Shown here: positions 35,301-46,836 of the stretch, in pieces | Layout of the letters: each line of letters begins with the position of its first letter | How positions within the stretch are numbered: position 1 is the stretch's first letter | DNA from: Phoronis australis | Taxonomy: Eukaryota; Animalia; Phoronida | Assembly: GCA_002633005.1 (NCBI GenBank) | Contig: NMRA01000298.1 | Location: forward strand, 109,887 to 173,886 | Reading direction: 5' to 3' | Length of the DNA: 64,000 nucleotides | Notes under the pieces: model-generated | The model's input: only the letters and a program-made list of their open reading frames with translations | What the model was told of the DNA's origin: nothing | The model's database searches: none | Position numbers and translations under genes: made by a program

Positions 35301-38300
35301 TGCACAAGCGAGATTAATTTATGTTATCCAGTTAGCTGTTTGGACCGCAGTGACAAATTTGTGAGTTAAATCTCAAGTCACACCTCAGCAAATAATGTTT
35401 ATTTTTCGAGTACAACACTCTTGCGCTTAACAGGGGCAAGCCGGTACTCTTTCATTTAGGACCGTCGCTGTTATCTTCTCTTGTGCAGGTTTGGAGAGGT
35501 GCGCACGCGTAAGTTCACAAATTAGAATCGCTGGAGCAGGGCCTACACAGTTTCTTGTGATGAAATGTGAGTGAGGGATGTCACGCATGAGTGAGCACCT
35601 GATTTTTTGTGACTTCGTTCCACTTTTTTCTAGAAATATTGCTTTTCTGGAAGTGTTCATAAATTTCCTTCAATGACACCCATCAATTATCCCAAACTTT
35701 CCAATAATCCTTCAAATGCTTCCAAGTTTCCTCTAAATGTTTGAAACAAATCGGCAGGTACATGTATGTTGTCAGTGATTTCAATTCGTTTGATGTGAAA
35801 GCATCACAATAATAAACACGTGCCTAAAACGCTACTCAAATCTCGCTGTTCTACCGTTAGGACTTATAACACTTAACACTGTCAATGCGACAATATCAGA
35901 GGTTGTTCTCGGGTGATTGTGAGGAATTGGGTATTTGTTACATATTGAGGACCTTCAGGTGCAAGGGATTGATATTGGAGGCCAGTCGTTTGAAAGCAAT
36001 ACTAAGAATATCGACTGCTTTGGAGCCTCTTACGCATTGGAATCCTTCAAGTCGGATGATTTCTCATATACGTTGTATAGTTATTGTACACTGTGCAGTT
36101 TTTCTCATCAATCCACCCCAGGAAAGAATGATTTTAAATTACTCTTTTAAGATAACTGTAACAAAAGAACAATAGACAAATGTATATTTGCATTTATATT
36201 TTAGTTATTTCATACAGATATGTTATTCTTGCTAATGTATACATTTCCATTGCCACCCTAAAAAGTACTCAAACTTCCACTAAAGCTATGGCCACTTTAT
36301 TTCACTTGTTTACTATCTTTCATAACTGCTTCCTTCTAGTGAATGAATGAAAACAAAACATGTTCAGAATTTTGCTGTTTGTATAAATTTGCCAAAAATG
36401 TTTGTTGGATTTACAAAAAATGAGCTATTTCAGTGATGGTTATAGTAATTTTTTGCTGGGATGGACGTTTTACCTGCAAAGCAGGCCGATATGCGGGGCA
36501 TTCAACCTATTATCAAAACCTCTTAGAGTGAATAAAGGTTTTGCTTAGTGTTCATGTTATACTTTATACCGCATGTTTATTGGTGGGTCAAAACTTGAAT
36601 CAGACAAACAGTATTCATTATCTGTTAGAGCTGCAATATCTTGCATATAGTTCATTTCCTGAATAACTCATGGAGCGTCATTTCATATTTTATTCAACTC
36701 ATCACTTGCAATGCCAACCAGACAAAGGTGTTTTGTTACGTATTTAAACTTGCCTTGTTTAATGAATGTTCAATTGCTTTCAGGAATTCATCCAAGATTT
36801 CCAAAATAGCGTGTTCAAAAGGGATTCCCAATATTTCAGGATGTCCGTGATAACGACGATGCATTACCCAGACCGCCATGCACCACCAACCCCCACACCC
36901 CCACAGTGATTTTTTTACAAAAAATACGTAGACCAAGGCGTTTGCATCTGACTGTTCAAAATACCCGACCCCTTGTAACGAACTCTGTTACTAAAAATGC
37001 TTGGACCTAGAATCCTCGGTATACATTTACGAAAACAGTCAAGCAGCTTACCAAACAAATGTTAGATATTTTTACAATGCACTTTGCAGATGATGTGTGC
37101 TTTATATTTTGGCAGCAAGTGTCACTGCTGTTCCAAATTAAAACCATAAAATTCACATTGAAGTGCATGAAATAATATTTAGTTTGAATCGTTTGTATTA
37201 GGTTTGTCTAAAACTTACTTCAATCGGATCAGTGTGACGTTGAATCCCTGCAAGACCACAATAGTGACATTTGAAAGAAGGCATTTAGTTTCAACTTCCT
37301 TTTGATGCCTCTATGCTGAAAACGCAGACTTGCATATATGAATCCGAAACAGCGGCATTGAATCGACAGATGGGATAATACAAAGGCGAATTATTTATTG
37401 ATTCTTGTCCCATTATGGACTTGGAAGTGGTAATTAGGCGACATACTGGTTTACAATTATGTTGGTGCATGTAAATTATTAGTGTTGGTGACCGTCAATC
37501 ATGGGTGTCATGTGCACACACAATAGGCTTGGTCACAAAATATCCCAGTTACGTAAGTAAACACTGAATAACAAAGGGTCGGTCTTGGATGAGAAGATAA
37601 TTGTTTAATTATGCCTATGAGTTTTGAATAGCCAAGCATGGAATGCTGCAAAATGGGCATGACTTTCGGCAGCTAAATCAAAATAAGGTTTAGAAAATCG
37701 TGGGTCCTCCACACTCCCCAAATGATACACAGAATTTCAACCAGAAACTGGAGATAGATTGCAGTTATAGTGCAGTTGTAATCCAGTTGAAAGTTTTCAT
37801 ATGCAAATTAGTTACTTTACAACTTTCTTTACTCAAATTCCAAGAAGGGGTACATAAGAAAAGACCAAGCACTTCCATCAACCTTTCCCTATCCCCAGTC
37901 CTCTATTTTCTCAATGAATACCATATCACCGATAATAGCAAGACACAATACCCAGTAGTAACCTATTTAGACTTTATTAATGCTCCTACTGATCTGTCTT
38001 TGGCTTATACTCCATTGCCTGTGAGGTCCAGTTCATAGTACATTTTCCTGTAATAATGATATGACCATTCCTAGGTTGTGCAATTTGAGAACCAGATTTC
38101 CCCACTGAATAAAAGACATAAAATTGGTTGCCTCCCACCCCAGACGATGTTTTATATGATCTCTTTCCTCGCAACAAACCTCGGTCTACCAAAACTACTC
38201 AAGTTTGCTTGCTTTCAACCTGAGGCTGTCATCGCTCATCAACTGCTTTATGTTCAAATGGACTTGCTAACTGACTAGTTGTGCATATAGTCCCTGGTGA

Positions 38301-39645
38301 CAGACTATGGCAATGGAAATCAACGAATAACTACGCAATTCAAGTCCAAAGTCTTAAACTTCCCAGCGATAAAAATCCAACCCACAACCATCTACTGACA
38401 AACCACATTAATATTACACTCAGTTTCAGTCACAAGGTTCGCCTAGGCCACACTTCAAATCTTACTCCACTCGAGCAAAATCTCTACGAAATTTCCCCCA
38501 GGTAATGGTTTCATCTAAATTTAAGCGTAATAGTCAGATTGTTCAGTTCATATAGGGAGCAATATCGTCATCAACGTGGTGCAGAAACGAATAAATTACC
38601 TAGCTAAGGCGAACTTCTACTCTTTGAAGAAATACCTGAAACATTGACTATTTGTCAAGCACAGCATTAAAGATAACATTCGTTTGTTTTTATCATGCAT
38701 AATTTAAGAAAATAAAAAACAAAAAATAAAAGGAAGAATATGTACAGGCAGTAGACCAACCTCATACTTACCAAAAGTGCTAATTAATTAAGAGAGTTTG
38801 TTTCAAAGATTCTATTCATTTATGCAAATTCACAGTGTTTTTAAATCGGATCGTTAATTTGTTTACTGTGCGCAAACAAATAAAATGGAAGTTATCTGCT
38901 TCTACTAGGTTGTACTGTACATGTAGAACAAACGCCACTAGATTGAAGTTTGTCCCAACCAGAGACTCGATCAACTTCACGAAAGCGTTAACTTGCTTGC
39001 GTTGACCAGTATTAACATGCAGTTTTTTGTCTTCAATATGAGCTCCTTGTTGCATGGTGACATTTTCCTATAGCATAACTAAACACTTTTTTGATAAGAA
39101 AGGAATTGCAAATTACTTCAGTCCTTCAATCAGCAGATCTCCCTACTTATTTCCAATGATATTAAAAATAAAACTTAGAGTTCACTCTTTGGTCTGTTTC
39201 AAAGGAAAAAAATCGCAAGTAAACCTAAAATAATGCATGGACAAACAGCGTTTACAGGTCCACAAATGTGAAGAATATTGATGGAACTTGGTTTACACTA
39301 ATTTATGTACTGGGCGTACATCACATCAGAGTAAGACCCTCCTATGTATTCCTATTGCTCGTAACGCGACATTGTATCGACTTTGTAGGCAAAAATCGCA
39401 GTGCGCAAAAGGTCAAATACTACTTTCCTGAGTCCAATCAGGTTGGAGCAAAACACCAACATCGTAAAATTGTGTCGGAAAACATGTCAGTACATAATGA
39501 TTAGACTTATGACAGTAAACGAAATTATAAAAATCGAAATTGTAAAACCGGCTTTTACGTGTCGCAAACTGTCGCAAAACTCAAATAACGGCATTATGCG
39601 CAACCCATAAGCCGTGTTCATGTACTGTCGCAACCAGATTCTAAC

Positions 39646-40014
39646 CTGATTTGTTATAAAGTTGTCAATTCTTATCTTGTTTCCAAGATTTCTTCCCTGT
39701 TTCCTCGGTCTTCCCTGAGACTCCATATAGTGATAACTTTCCCGGGAGAAGTAGCATAGTCCTGTATTGTCTTCGTAGTAAGCCGAGGTGCAACCTGCCT
39801 CTCTCCTGCAGTAGAGTGCGCATTCCATTTCACTTCTTGTGCCACTTCGTTTCGCGAAGTATGACGGTGAAAATGATCCGGTTATACTTGAAACAGAACA
39901 AGTAGATGCCAGTGAAATGGCCGAGCAAATTTGGATTTTTTCAGCAAATAGTGTCTCAGATTGACAAAATTTAACAAAGTTTAAAAATACCGCTGTCCAA
40001 ACGGACAAAAACAT
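39646..40014 (-). CDS. First coding exon: signal peptide + PAN/Apple-like domain (probable 5' end of copy A)
   Basis: ATG at 40014 with a hydrophobic leader MFLSVWTAVFLNFVKFCQS. SGTRSEMECALYCRREAGCTSAYYEDNTGLCYF has the PAN Cys spacing C-x3-C-x5-C-x2-A..Y......C. Homology to the 34.6-35.0 kb copy ends at CAG/gttaga (phase 0 donor). Linkage to the downstream exons is inferred. Confidence 0.72.
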
Positions 40015-42279
40015 TTTACGTGTCCTTATGAGCCAGAACACCTCACGACTGTTTGCCGTTCCACGTATTTTTGACAGTTATTCTCACAAATCAAACAAAA
40101 ATACGATGTCCATTGTGTCTCAAGTTTAATTATAGAGAACATATTCAATATTTATTGTGTGATATTCTGAATGTAATTTCGTGAACGGAAACCTTTCAAA
40201 CCGCAACGCGTTTTTCAATAATACAGGTACACGATTGATTTTCCCCACGTTCTTTAGTAGTTGTATTTCTATGAAGCTAACAATTGATGACGACAACTTT
40301 GAGACGGATCCAACGAACGATCTGCCCCTAGTGGCAATTTCATTTTTTCCGTTTTGTTTGTTTCTCTGAATTTCCTCGATATATTTTATGAGGTTTGATA
40401 AATGACTTTCTATTAAAGAAGCTATGGCTTGTTTCCGTTTTTGGATGGATTAGGTGTTCCTCTAGTGGCCATTTTTATAATACAAATAAACAGCCCTAAG
40501 AGCACGTCGTCTTCGGTGCATTCGTGGACGCAGTTCACCGATCCACGTTGCTCTTATTATCTGTCAGAAAGGCTTCATCTGCAAATTTCAAATGAGTAGT
40601 CGGGGTAATTTATGCATTGGTGTTCTCTAAGAGTATTTAGCGCAGGGAAGTGGCTTCCCGTTGATCCAGACTCAGACATGGTGGACAGGATTTCAATTAC
40701 TGCATATACATACAAGTAGATGTTCATACATAAAAAAACAGAGAAAAACATTCCACTGTCAGCCACTCCCATTGTTTGATTAGTCAAAGTACAGAAATTC
40801 ACTTTAGCGTTTTGACAACGTCTGGGATCGAAATTCCAACGCCGCTTTATCAGCGGCAGCCACAGGCTTTGTCAAGGTTACAGTTACGAGGTGGGAACCG
40901 TACGGAATAGGGTGTCATTGCTCATCATATCATATTTCAAAAATTTTGCATTTTCTTCTTAAAACATTGCTACACCTCACCACACAGCAGTGGTGATTTG
41001 ACGGCATTATAGAAGCATGAATGCGTTCAAACGTTGTTCATGCCAGTAGGATGAAACATACCGAATGCAATACACGGGCTCTGTAGGGTGCGCTGAACTG
41101 AACCTGGTCGCCGTTTGGAGAGTTAACTTAGTGAATTTCAATATGGCGCTACTCATTCGAAAGTCAGCTACAGTAGTAATTTATTACATTCTTGTAAATG
41201 TCCCTGCCACCTGAATATTTACTGAACAACTCTATCAAACGGCATCAAGGGTCCAATTAATATAGAAAGATGTAAACTTTTGGATGAATGTATGACTTAA
41301 TACTTCACATTAAGTGTGAAGTTTCTACATTCAAGGGTTTTTGTCTTGATAGGTTAGAAAAGCACTAAATTTTTTGAAATCATCTGATTTTTACTCTTTA
41401 AAAAGTAACAGAGATGAACCTGAGTACCACTTGTTTTTTGGTTTGTGAAATTGAGTTTCCGGTGAAATGTGTGCGTGTGCGTGTGATGCGTCATTGGCAA
41501 TTTCTTCTGTCTTTGTGCTGTGTTGTTATTATTTTTGCAATCAATGTAAATAAGAACTTCAAAATACAAAGTTTTAGTGACTGCAAATTCCAAAGCAATA
41601 GCCAACACAAGAACAAATGCACCTCATCAGTGCCGCATTGAAACTAACATTTCATGGCTAGAGTTCTATGGTAGCAAGTAGTTGTGTTAACTAAGGTCTT
41701 GTTTTATGAACAATTCTGTGTCATCGAATTTCATATTCAAAGTGAAAACACTTTGTCTATACCGATAGCTTGTAAATTTAACAATGGCTGGTCACCGGGT
41801 TGGATTGACTTCCAGTGTTACTGGAACTTCTTAGTCTTCTCTTTAACGTGTTTAAGGATATTTTTCCTAATCGGTGATTACGGTGTATCTTATCGAGATG
41901 GAGGGACAGGTTTTTCCCCGAATTTTTGAAAAATACGGTCGCAGTTCACGTTTGTCTGTTCACTAATGCAGTTGGTCATAATTGAGTTGTACTAAGAGTT
42001 GTGACCATACATATTACATTTCTTATTTAATTCTTGAATTCCCTGCCTTGTTTCCTGAAAGTCAATCTTCAATATTAAAAGTTCTTTATTGGAGAATCAT
42101 TATAATACATGAAAAGAAATCTTCATGAAACGTTGTTTTGATGCTCACGAGGTTTAGGATTAAAAAAGAAAATGGGCGTTACCTACTTGGGCTATTTTAG
42201 CTCACGATTAGAACTTCTCAAAATGGTGCAAATTTTAATATTACGTTTATCCCGCTGCAATTAAGTGGTTCACGATTAT

Positions 42280-43560
42280 GTTACGTTGAAGGGATAGTGA
42301 AATAACTTAAGTTCGTCTTTAAAAAAAAATAAAGTTGCTGTTTGAATTAAGTCACCTTTAACCTCTTCACTAGGGCCTCCGTAATCTTTGGTGTGACGTC
42401 ATTATGAACTTATATGTCGTGCGTAATTATTAAGCTTCGGAGCAGCAATAAAGCGAAGAAAACTCACCATTTCCAAACTCGATATTAGATTGGAAATAGA
42501 ACAAAGTAGGTGAGTCAGTGTCTTAAAGCTCTGGCTTTGTTACTACATGTACGTTGCAAAGCTCACGAGTAAATTATACCCAATTTAGAAAATTAACATT
42601 GACAAGTATAAGAGTTAGACAATAACGCATTGAGTAAACTACTACTCTAGCTTTGTTTAGTACAAGATCAAAGTCTCAACAAACTAAACCGATTGAACAT
42701 AAATTTTTAACAATTCGTATACATTTCCAGTCATCAAGTGACTAGAGAGACGGGATCACATAGAACGCCCTACTGTGAGCGTTTGAGACATGAGGTCGGC
42801 AACTGCGTCACTTGTTCCTTACTGCCCGTGAGTTAGTTCACAGTGAAGACTTCGTTGACAACCAAACGACAACTGGAATCCCAGCAGGTGTAAGCGTTGT
42901 TGTAGCTGTAACCAGGACACGTCTGCACATAAAGCCTTATGTTATAGCTTCCCGCTGGAAGGTCACAGAACCCACCAACTGAAAAAGATGTAGGCGTACG
43001 ATATGCATACCATGGCAGAAATCAAAAGATAATGCCTGCTCAATTAAGGTTTACAGGTCTCCGTTTTTATTCAAATATCTACAAACTATATGTCTATTTT
43101 TTCGAACATACAGAATCTGAAGAATGTGATTTTTGATTTTTAATAAAATGTCATTAATTGATTAACGCGACTATTTATATTTGGTGAAATTTAGCAAAAA
43201 CGATATATTGATAGTAGATCTACAGTATCAGCAACATGATGGAAAATTTTCTTTGATGTAAACGTTCAAGATCAGATCTCAAAAACCTTTTCTAATATTT
43301 TCTAAGATATGTTTTGTACCTGCAAAAATATTCACTTGATTTAATATGATATTACCTCTCATTAAAAGATGACTAGTAAATGGTACGCGCTACCTCTTGG
43401 CTGTATCAAAAATACACGGAAGGATTTTTTTCTTCATTACAACAAGATAGAACTCTCGGTGATAATATAACGATGTCGTGAAAATCTGCGACATTTCATG
43501 AATAGACATAAACATAAAAACAAATCGTGGTGCAGATTTTCGAATTTGGAATTCAAGGCT
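42280..43560. repeat. Partial third copy (C) of the gene 3' end
   Basis: Collinear with about 4850-6385 and 49950-51335 (3'UTR, last exon, part of the last intron). Homology stops at the 43561 hairpin. Confidence 0.85.
42833..42978 (-). CDS. Orphan copy C terminal exon (CTHRC1-like domain 3, part c), intact
   Basis: Acceptor intact, 146 nt; GGFCDLPAGSYNIRLYVQTCPGYSYNNAYTCWDSSCRLVVNEVFTVN-stop. No upstream partner exons were found between it and copy B. Confidence 0.7.
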
Positions 43561-43631
43561 GGAAAGTCACGCAAACAAGTGTAACGTGCGGCGCGACCCT
43601 GTTTGCTGCTCACTTGTTTGCGTGACTTTCC
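43561..43631. repeat. Perfect 21-bp inverted repeat (hairpin, 29-nt loop)
   Basis: ggaaagtcacgcaaacaagtg (43561-43581) and cacttgtttgcgtgactttcc (43611-43631). Confidence 0.9.
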
Positions 43632-43729
43632 TGTTACCTACCTTCATTAAGTCATTCTTAGCAGTATTTCACACCCGCCGTGTCTCACTGTGTGTGTCGT
43701 CAGCTTATAGTCTGTGGTAGCATTACTGC

Positions 43730-44265
43730 GTCGTTTTATCTTCACTTGATAATGAAAAAAGTATGTTTCGAAATATCGTGTGTCTTTTAATTATGTCGCT
43801 AGGTCAGTTACTGTATCTATGTTCAGTTGAAAGTAGAGTTTTGTTCCGAAAGTACGAACGTAACGGCATAAAGACTGTGAACAATGAAAAGTGTCGTGCA
43901 TTTAACAAATTCTTTATAACCGAAAACTTACTCCCGAAGTAATGATTATTGCATATATTTTGAAAAATCGAAAAAATGTAAAGGTAAGCTTCTGCGGAGC
44001 GTATTAATTTACTGGATTTTTAAATTCAATAAGTCAACTTTGCGACTACAAAACCAAATTTGTCCAAGTTATCGGTTATACAGAATTGGTTAAACGCACG
44101 ACAGTTTTCATTGTTCACAGTCTTTATTCCGTTACGTTCATACCTGCGGAACAAAACTCTTCTCTTATCTGAACATAGATAAAGTAACTGACCTAGCGAC
44201 ATAATTAAAAGACACACGATATTTCGAAGCATACTTGTTTCATTCTCAAGTGAAGATAAAATGAC
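43730..44265. mobile_element. Foldback/MITE element with about 200-bp inverted arms
   Basis: About 43730-43929 is the close reverse complement of about 44066-44265, separated by about 135 bp. Confidence 0.85.
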
Positions 44266-44299
44266 ACCAAATTTCCCTTCCATGAAATCTTCGTCCACT

Positions 44300-44950
44300 C
44301 AAAGGGTGGGTCTGTGGAAGTTGTACCATAGCTCTCAAGAAAAAAGGCATCCAGCGTAATTCGTATGTCCAAATGCAAAAAGAAACATGGACACAATTCT
44401 TCACATGGGCTTTCAAAGTCAATGGCCAATTGCCCAGTCTCTGACCTCGAATGAACCGACAGTTAATTAGCAGGTAGTTTCTTAAAATTTTCCATTAACA
44501 AACTGTTGGGGCATTGCAGACTCGTTTTTCCCACATATCAAAGCTTTTGTGAGGTCCACGCTTTTCATGACAATACTCATCATCATATGCCTGTTTCTTT
44601 AAATCATTAAGCCAGAGTGAGTTGGCATGTACATCTGATACGCTTGACATGCTTTCCACCCAGAGGAGATGGTGCAACACCAGGAGTGACAACATGTGGT
44701 CCCATCCAAACCCGTCCAACAGTTTACCTCCACTCTCTTGAGATGCCATTTCGATGTGGAGCATGCCCATGAAGCATAGGTCAACCATTTTTGATTCACC
44801 GACCTCATCAGGGTACCGCCATTGCATTTTTTCTTCTGAGCATTATATGCAGCCTTATTCAAACCAACAAAAATAATACAACCAATACATGTAGATGCAA
44901 GAGTGCAGCTGTGCGGGAACAAGCGTTTGACATTTTCTATCCGGACACAA
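44300..44950 (-). mobile_element. Degraded DNA-transposase fragment, Academ-like
   Basis: QWRYPDEVGESKMV..FMGMLHIEMASQESGGKLLDGFGWD resembles the QWxxP..GE...MGxLHIEMA...G..L.GSGW motif of invertebrate Academ-type transposases; frameshifted. The superfamily assignment is from memory. Confidence 0.6.
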
Positions 44951-46472
44951 TGCGCTGGGCCAAGCGTTTGGTATTTTCAGTTCATAGAAAGTGTAAAAAT
45001 ATTTTAATGGCCTCAAAGCATAAAACTAACATCAGAAATAAACTCCCCGCACCCAAAAATACTGAAAACATGGATTTACAACATGACCTGGTGATGATAA
45101 TAGCCGAGATATGCCAATTTCCATTTTCGGCGGCGGCCATGTTGGATTTTGTGCTTAGCGGCCAGTAGGGGGTTAGCACAGTTTGTTTGCGGTGCTTCTT
45201 AGAAATGTTTTACCTATTCCTAACATTGTACCAATTTGCAGAAACTTGTCACAAAGTGCGCGATTTTCATGAATTCCCTCTCCGCTATTCAGTGATATCA
45301 GAGACACCTGAAGGGTTCTTCATCAAAATGGTAATTCAGAGTAAAAAAAAAAAACAAAAAAACACAAAAATACCAATTTTATCGAATTTTATTTGCTAAG
45401 AAATAAGCCGAATAATTTAACAACCATCTGAGCACTTTTAAATCTCAAAACTCATCATTTTCGATTACTAGCAACTATTGTCACAAGTGCTCACTTTGGC
45501 TGAGGTGGCTGCGAACAATTGCTCATTACTATATGAAGACACATGTTTGCCGGTGGTTTTGATGCCAAATATCTATTCTAATAAGATAGATCAAACCCAC
45601 AATTAAGTTCCAAAGTGTAAAATTTGGCTTCAGCTGAGATTGACTCATTCAAACCTGGGCAAGTTATCCATGTTTTCTGCTTGTATGACCCCATGACCTT
45701 TCAAACCCGAAATGTGGAATTTAAGGTGCAACTTGACACTTTTATTTTTCATTTTTACGAAGACAATGGATGACTTTATACAAATCAGTAGCTATTTCAT
45801 TTTCTAGTAGGTTCTGTAATTACTAACAATGTCACAAAACTGAATATTGGGGTAAGTTCTGATAGTGGTTTTCAGTGAAAACTGAGGTACCCGCTTTTAA
45901 GCTACCTAACGCGATAGAATTTGTTTAAAGTGCATTTTAGTAATTACCGTAAGAAAGTAAACAAAAATGCATAATATGATCCAAATCCGTCACATATGGT
46001 TTATCACTTCTATATGGATTTTGCTTGGTCTGAAGTGTAATGCACTCTTAAATCTTCCTTCCAGACGTCTCAAAATTTTCACCTCTGGTATCCCTGACTC
46101 CCATTTCCTAATTAGCTGCAACAGTTTCAAGATCATTCCATGGCCGCCATAATTTCCTTCTAAGACCAGCAACTTTTGTGGATGTTTGGTTAAATACTAT
46201 ACAAAATGGTCAATGAGTTCCTAAATTACAATACATGAATGCGATAGTCAAAAGTTTCAACTTGAATGCATTCACGGTGCGCAAAACTAGATGGGATTTA
46301 TCTGCTTTTAGGTTGTATATCTAAAATGAAACGAATGAAAGTAGAATTTGTTCTCGCTATCATTTTTTTCGAAAGCATAGTGTTGTGCAACTGAGTTATC
46401 ATGAACACTAAAAGTTTTAATTCAAGCAACTAAAAAAATCAGTTTTGGTTTTAAAGAAAAGGTATTTCATTA

Positions 46473-46836
46473 CATAGGCGGATTTATGGGTGGCATGGGG
46501 TCCGCCCCCTCCTTGGTTGCAAGAAAAAAATGAAAGAGCGTGAGGAAATATTGAGTTCAGTAATTAATCCCGGTAATTAACTTGCGGCTGAAAAAAGATT
46601 TAAAAATGTGTGCAGTTTTAGTCGAGCGTGCGTGTGCGTGAAGGCTCAGACCCGATTGCAAGTGTCCATCCCAGCCCAACGGCGTAATGGTTTTTCTTTT
46701 TTTTTAGTCCTCCACATGTTTTTCACATTTGAGCCTCCCCAGGTTTTAGCCTGGGTGAGCGCATGCAGCCGTACTTTGCGTGATTGCTCGAGACAAAATG
46801 TTGGCCAGCTCTTATGATATCCTCGATCTGCCACCG
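46473..46836. mobile_element. Possible hAT-type MITE
   Basis: Left end cataggcggatttatggg and right end cctcgatctgccaccg resemble CA(G/T)(T/A)GGCGGAT..GG termini. No clear TSD. Confidence 0.35.

Noticed and set aside
37700-38500. C/A-rich stretch suggestive of a decayed LINE
   Set aside because: No endonuclease or RT motif could be read with confidence.
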